The notes below the pieces were generated by a model. It was not told the origin of the DNA. It made no database searches and worked only from the letters and a program-made list of their open reading frames with translations. Shown in pieces: positions 60,521 through 60,969 of a stretch of DNA of 60,969 nucleotides; within the stretch, counting starts at the first letter, position 1, and each line of letters opens with the position of its first letter. A program made the translations under genes and the position numbers. The DNA is taken from contig CALAQW010000086.1 of NCBI GenBank assembly GCA_937888955.1, positions 1-60,969 on the forward strand. The letters are read 5' to 3'. This stretch comes from an uncultured Alphaproteobacteria bacterium (GTDB lineage: Bacteria; Pseudomonadota; Alphaproteobacteria; UBA11222).

Positions 60521-60969
60521 GCCGCCCGGCAAGCGTCTGAAGGATCCAGTCCGCCGTTTGATCGGCGCCGGAAAGCGCGGGATAATCCTGCGCCGGTGGC
60601 ACCGGTTTGGCGAGGGCATCCGCCACCGCCCAGCCCAATGTCTCGGCACTCAACCGATCCTCGGCCACACAGGCTGCAAGGCCATGCCGCGCCGCTGCCG
60701 CCGCGCGCAATGTCTGCTCCGATTCCCGTGCTTCCGAAAAGGGAACAAGGACAGCGCGCTGCCGCGCCGCAAAAATCTCCGTTACCGTATTATAGCCCGC
60801 CTGGCTGATCGACAGCGCCGCGCCGCGCAACAAGGCGGGAAAATCAGGACGATTTGGTTCGACCGTCATCCCGGCGGGCGCTGCCGCGCGCAAGTCGGGA
60901 AGAAGATCGCGCGCGGCATGCGGCCCGACGAACAACCGCCAGGGCAATACCGCAGCCGGTCCCGATAGC
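60513..60969 (-). CDS. Glycosyltransferase C-terminal domain (GT28/MurG-like), partial; the gene continues beyond the window edge
   Basis: SISQAGYNTVTE nucleotide-sugar-binding-like motif. The reading frame stays open to position 60969, so the TTG at 60947 is an ORF-finder artefact. Confidence 0.45.
   Translation of the reverse strand, partial: LSGPAAVLPWRLFVGPHAARDLLPDLRAAAPAGMTVEPNRPDFPALLRGAALSISQAGYNTVTEIFAARQRAVLVPFSEARESEQTLRAAAAARHGLAACVAEDRLSAETLGWAVADALAKPVPPAQDYPALSGADQTADWILQTLAGRHG

Overview
GC-rich, gene-dense window of about 65 genes, most on the minus strand. It looks like core chromosome of an alphaproteobacterium: split pntAA/pntAB/pntB, sdhCDAB, olsBA, Coq7 plus a COQ9-like protein, DUF465 proteins and urtABCDE. 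The exact taxon cannot be determined without a database search. Main blocks, left to right: (1) an HTH-UbiX gene flanked by two DUF465 genes; (2) malonyl-CoA decarboxylase and a thioesterase; (3) def, a COQ9-like gene and pabB-pabA-pabC; (4) the transhydrogenase genes pntAA-pntAB-pntB; (5) a complete coenzyme F420 biosynthesis operon, fno-cofE-cofD-cofC-fbiC; (6) an MFS transporter, an SDR and a TPR protein; (7) sdhCDAB; (8) a mesaconyl-CoA hydratase-like gene and an SDR; (9) ldtD and a mepK-like gene; (10) a Pat-type protein acetyltransferase; (11) an 11-kb urea block, urtABCDE-ureDABCEFG, behind a textbook sigma-54 promoter; (12) olsBA, a carbonic anhydrase and tRNA-Leu(CAA); (13) a PAS histidine kinase; (14) dsbB-coq7, an LLM-class oxidoreductase and a crotonase; (15) a peptide-type ABC importer co-oriented with a deacetylase-like gene and a glycosyltransferase that runs off the right edge. 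I saw no CRISPR array, transposase, integrase, phage or toxin-antitoxin genes. The many long ORFs antisense to conserved genes are high-GC shadow ORFs. I did not find a convincing, wholly new multi-gene system. The best leads are the in-frame HTH-UbiX fusion with shared palindromes next to DUF465 genes, the proteobacterial F420 operon with a minimal CofE and no dehydro-F420 reductase, a 73-aa HupE/UreJ-like mini-ORF closing the urease operon, the def/COQ9-like/pabBAC coupling, and the right-edge glycosyltransferase/deacetylase/ABC operon. All family assignments come from reading motifs by eye and need HMM or BLAST confirmation.
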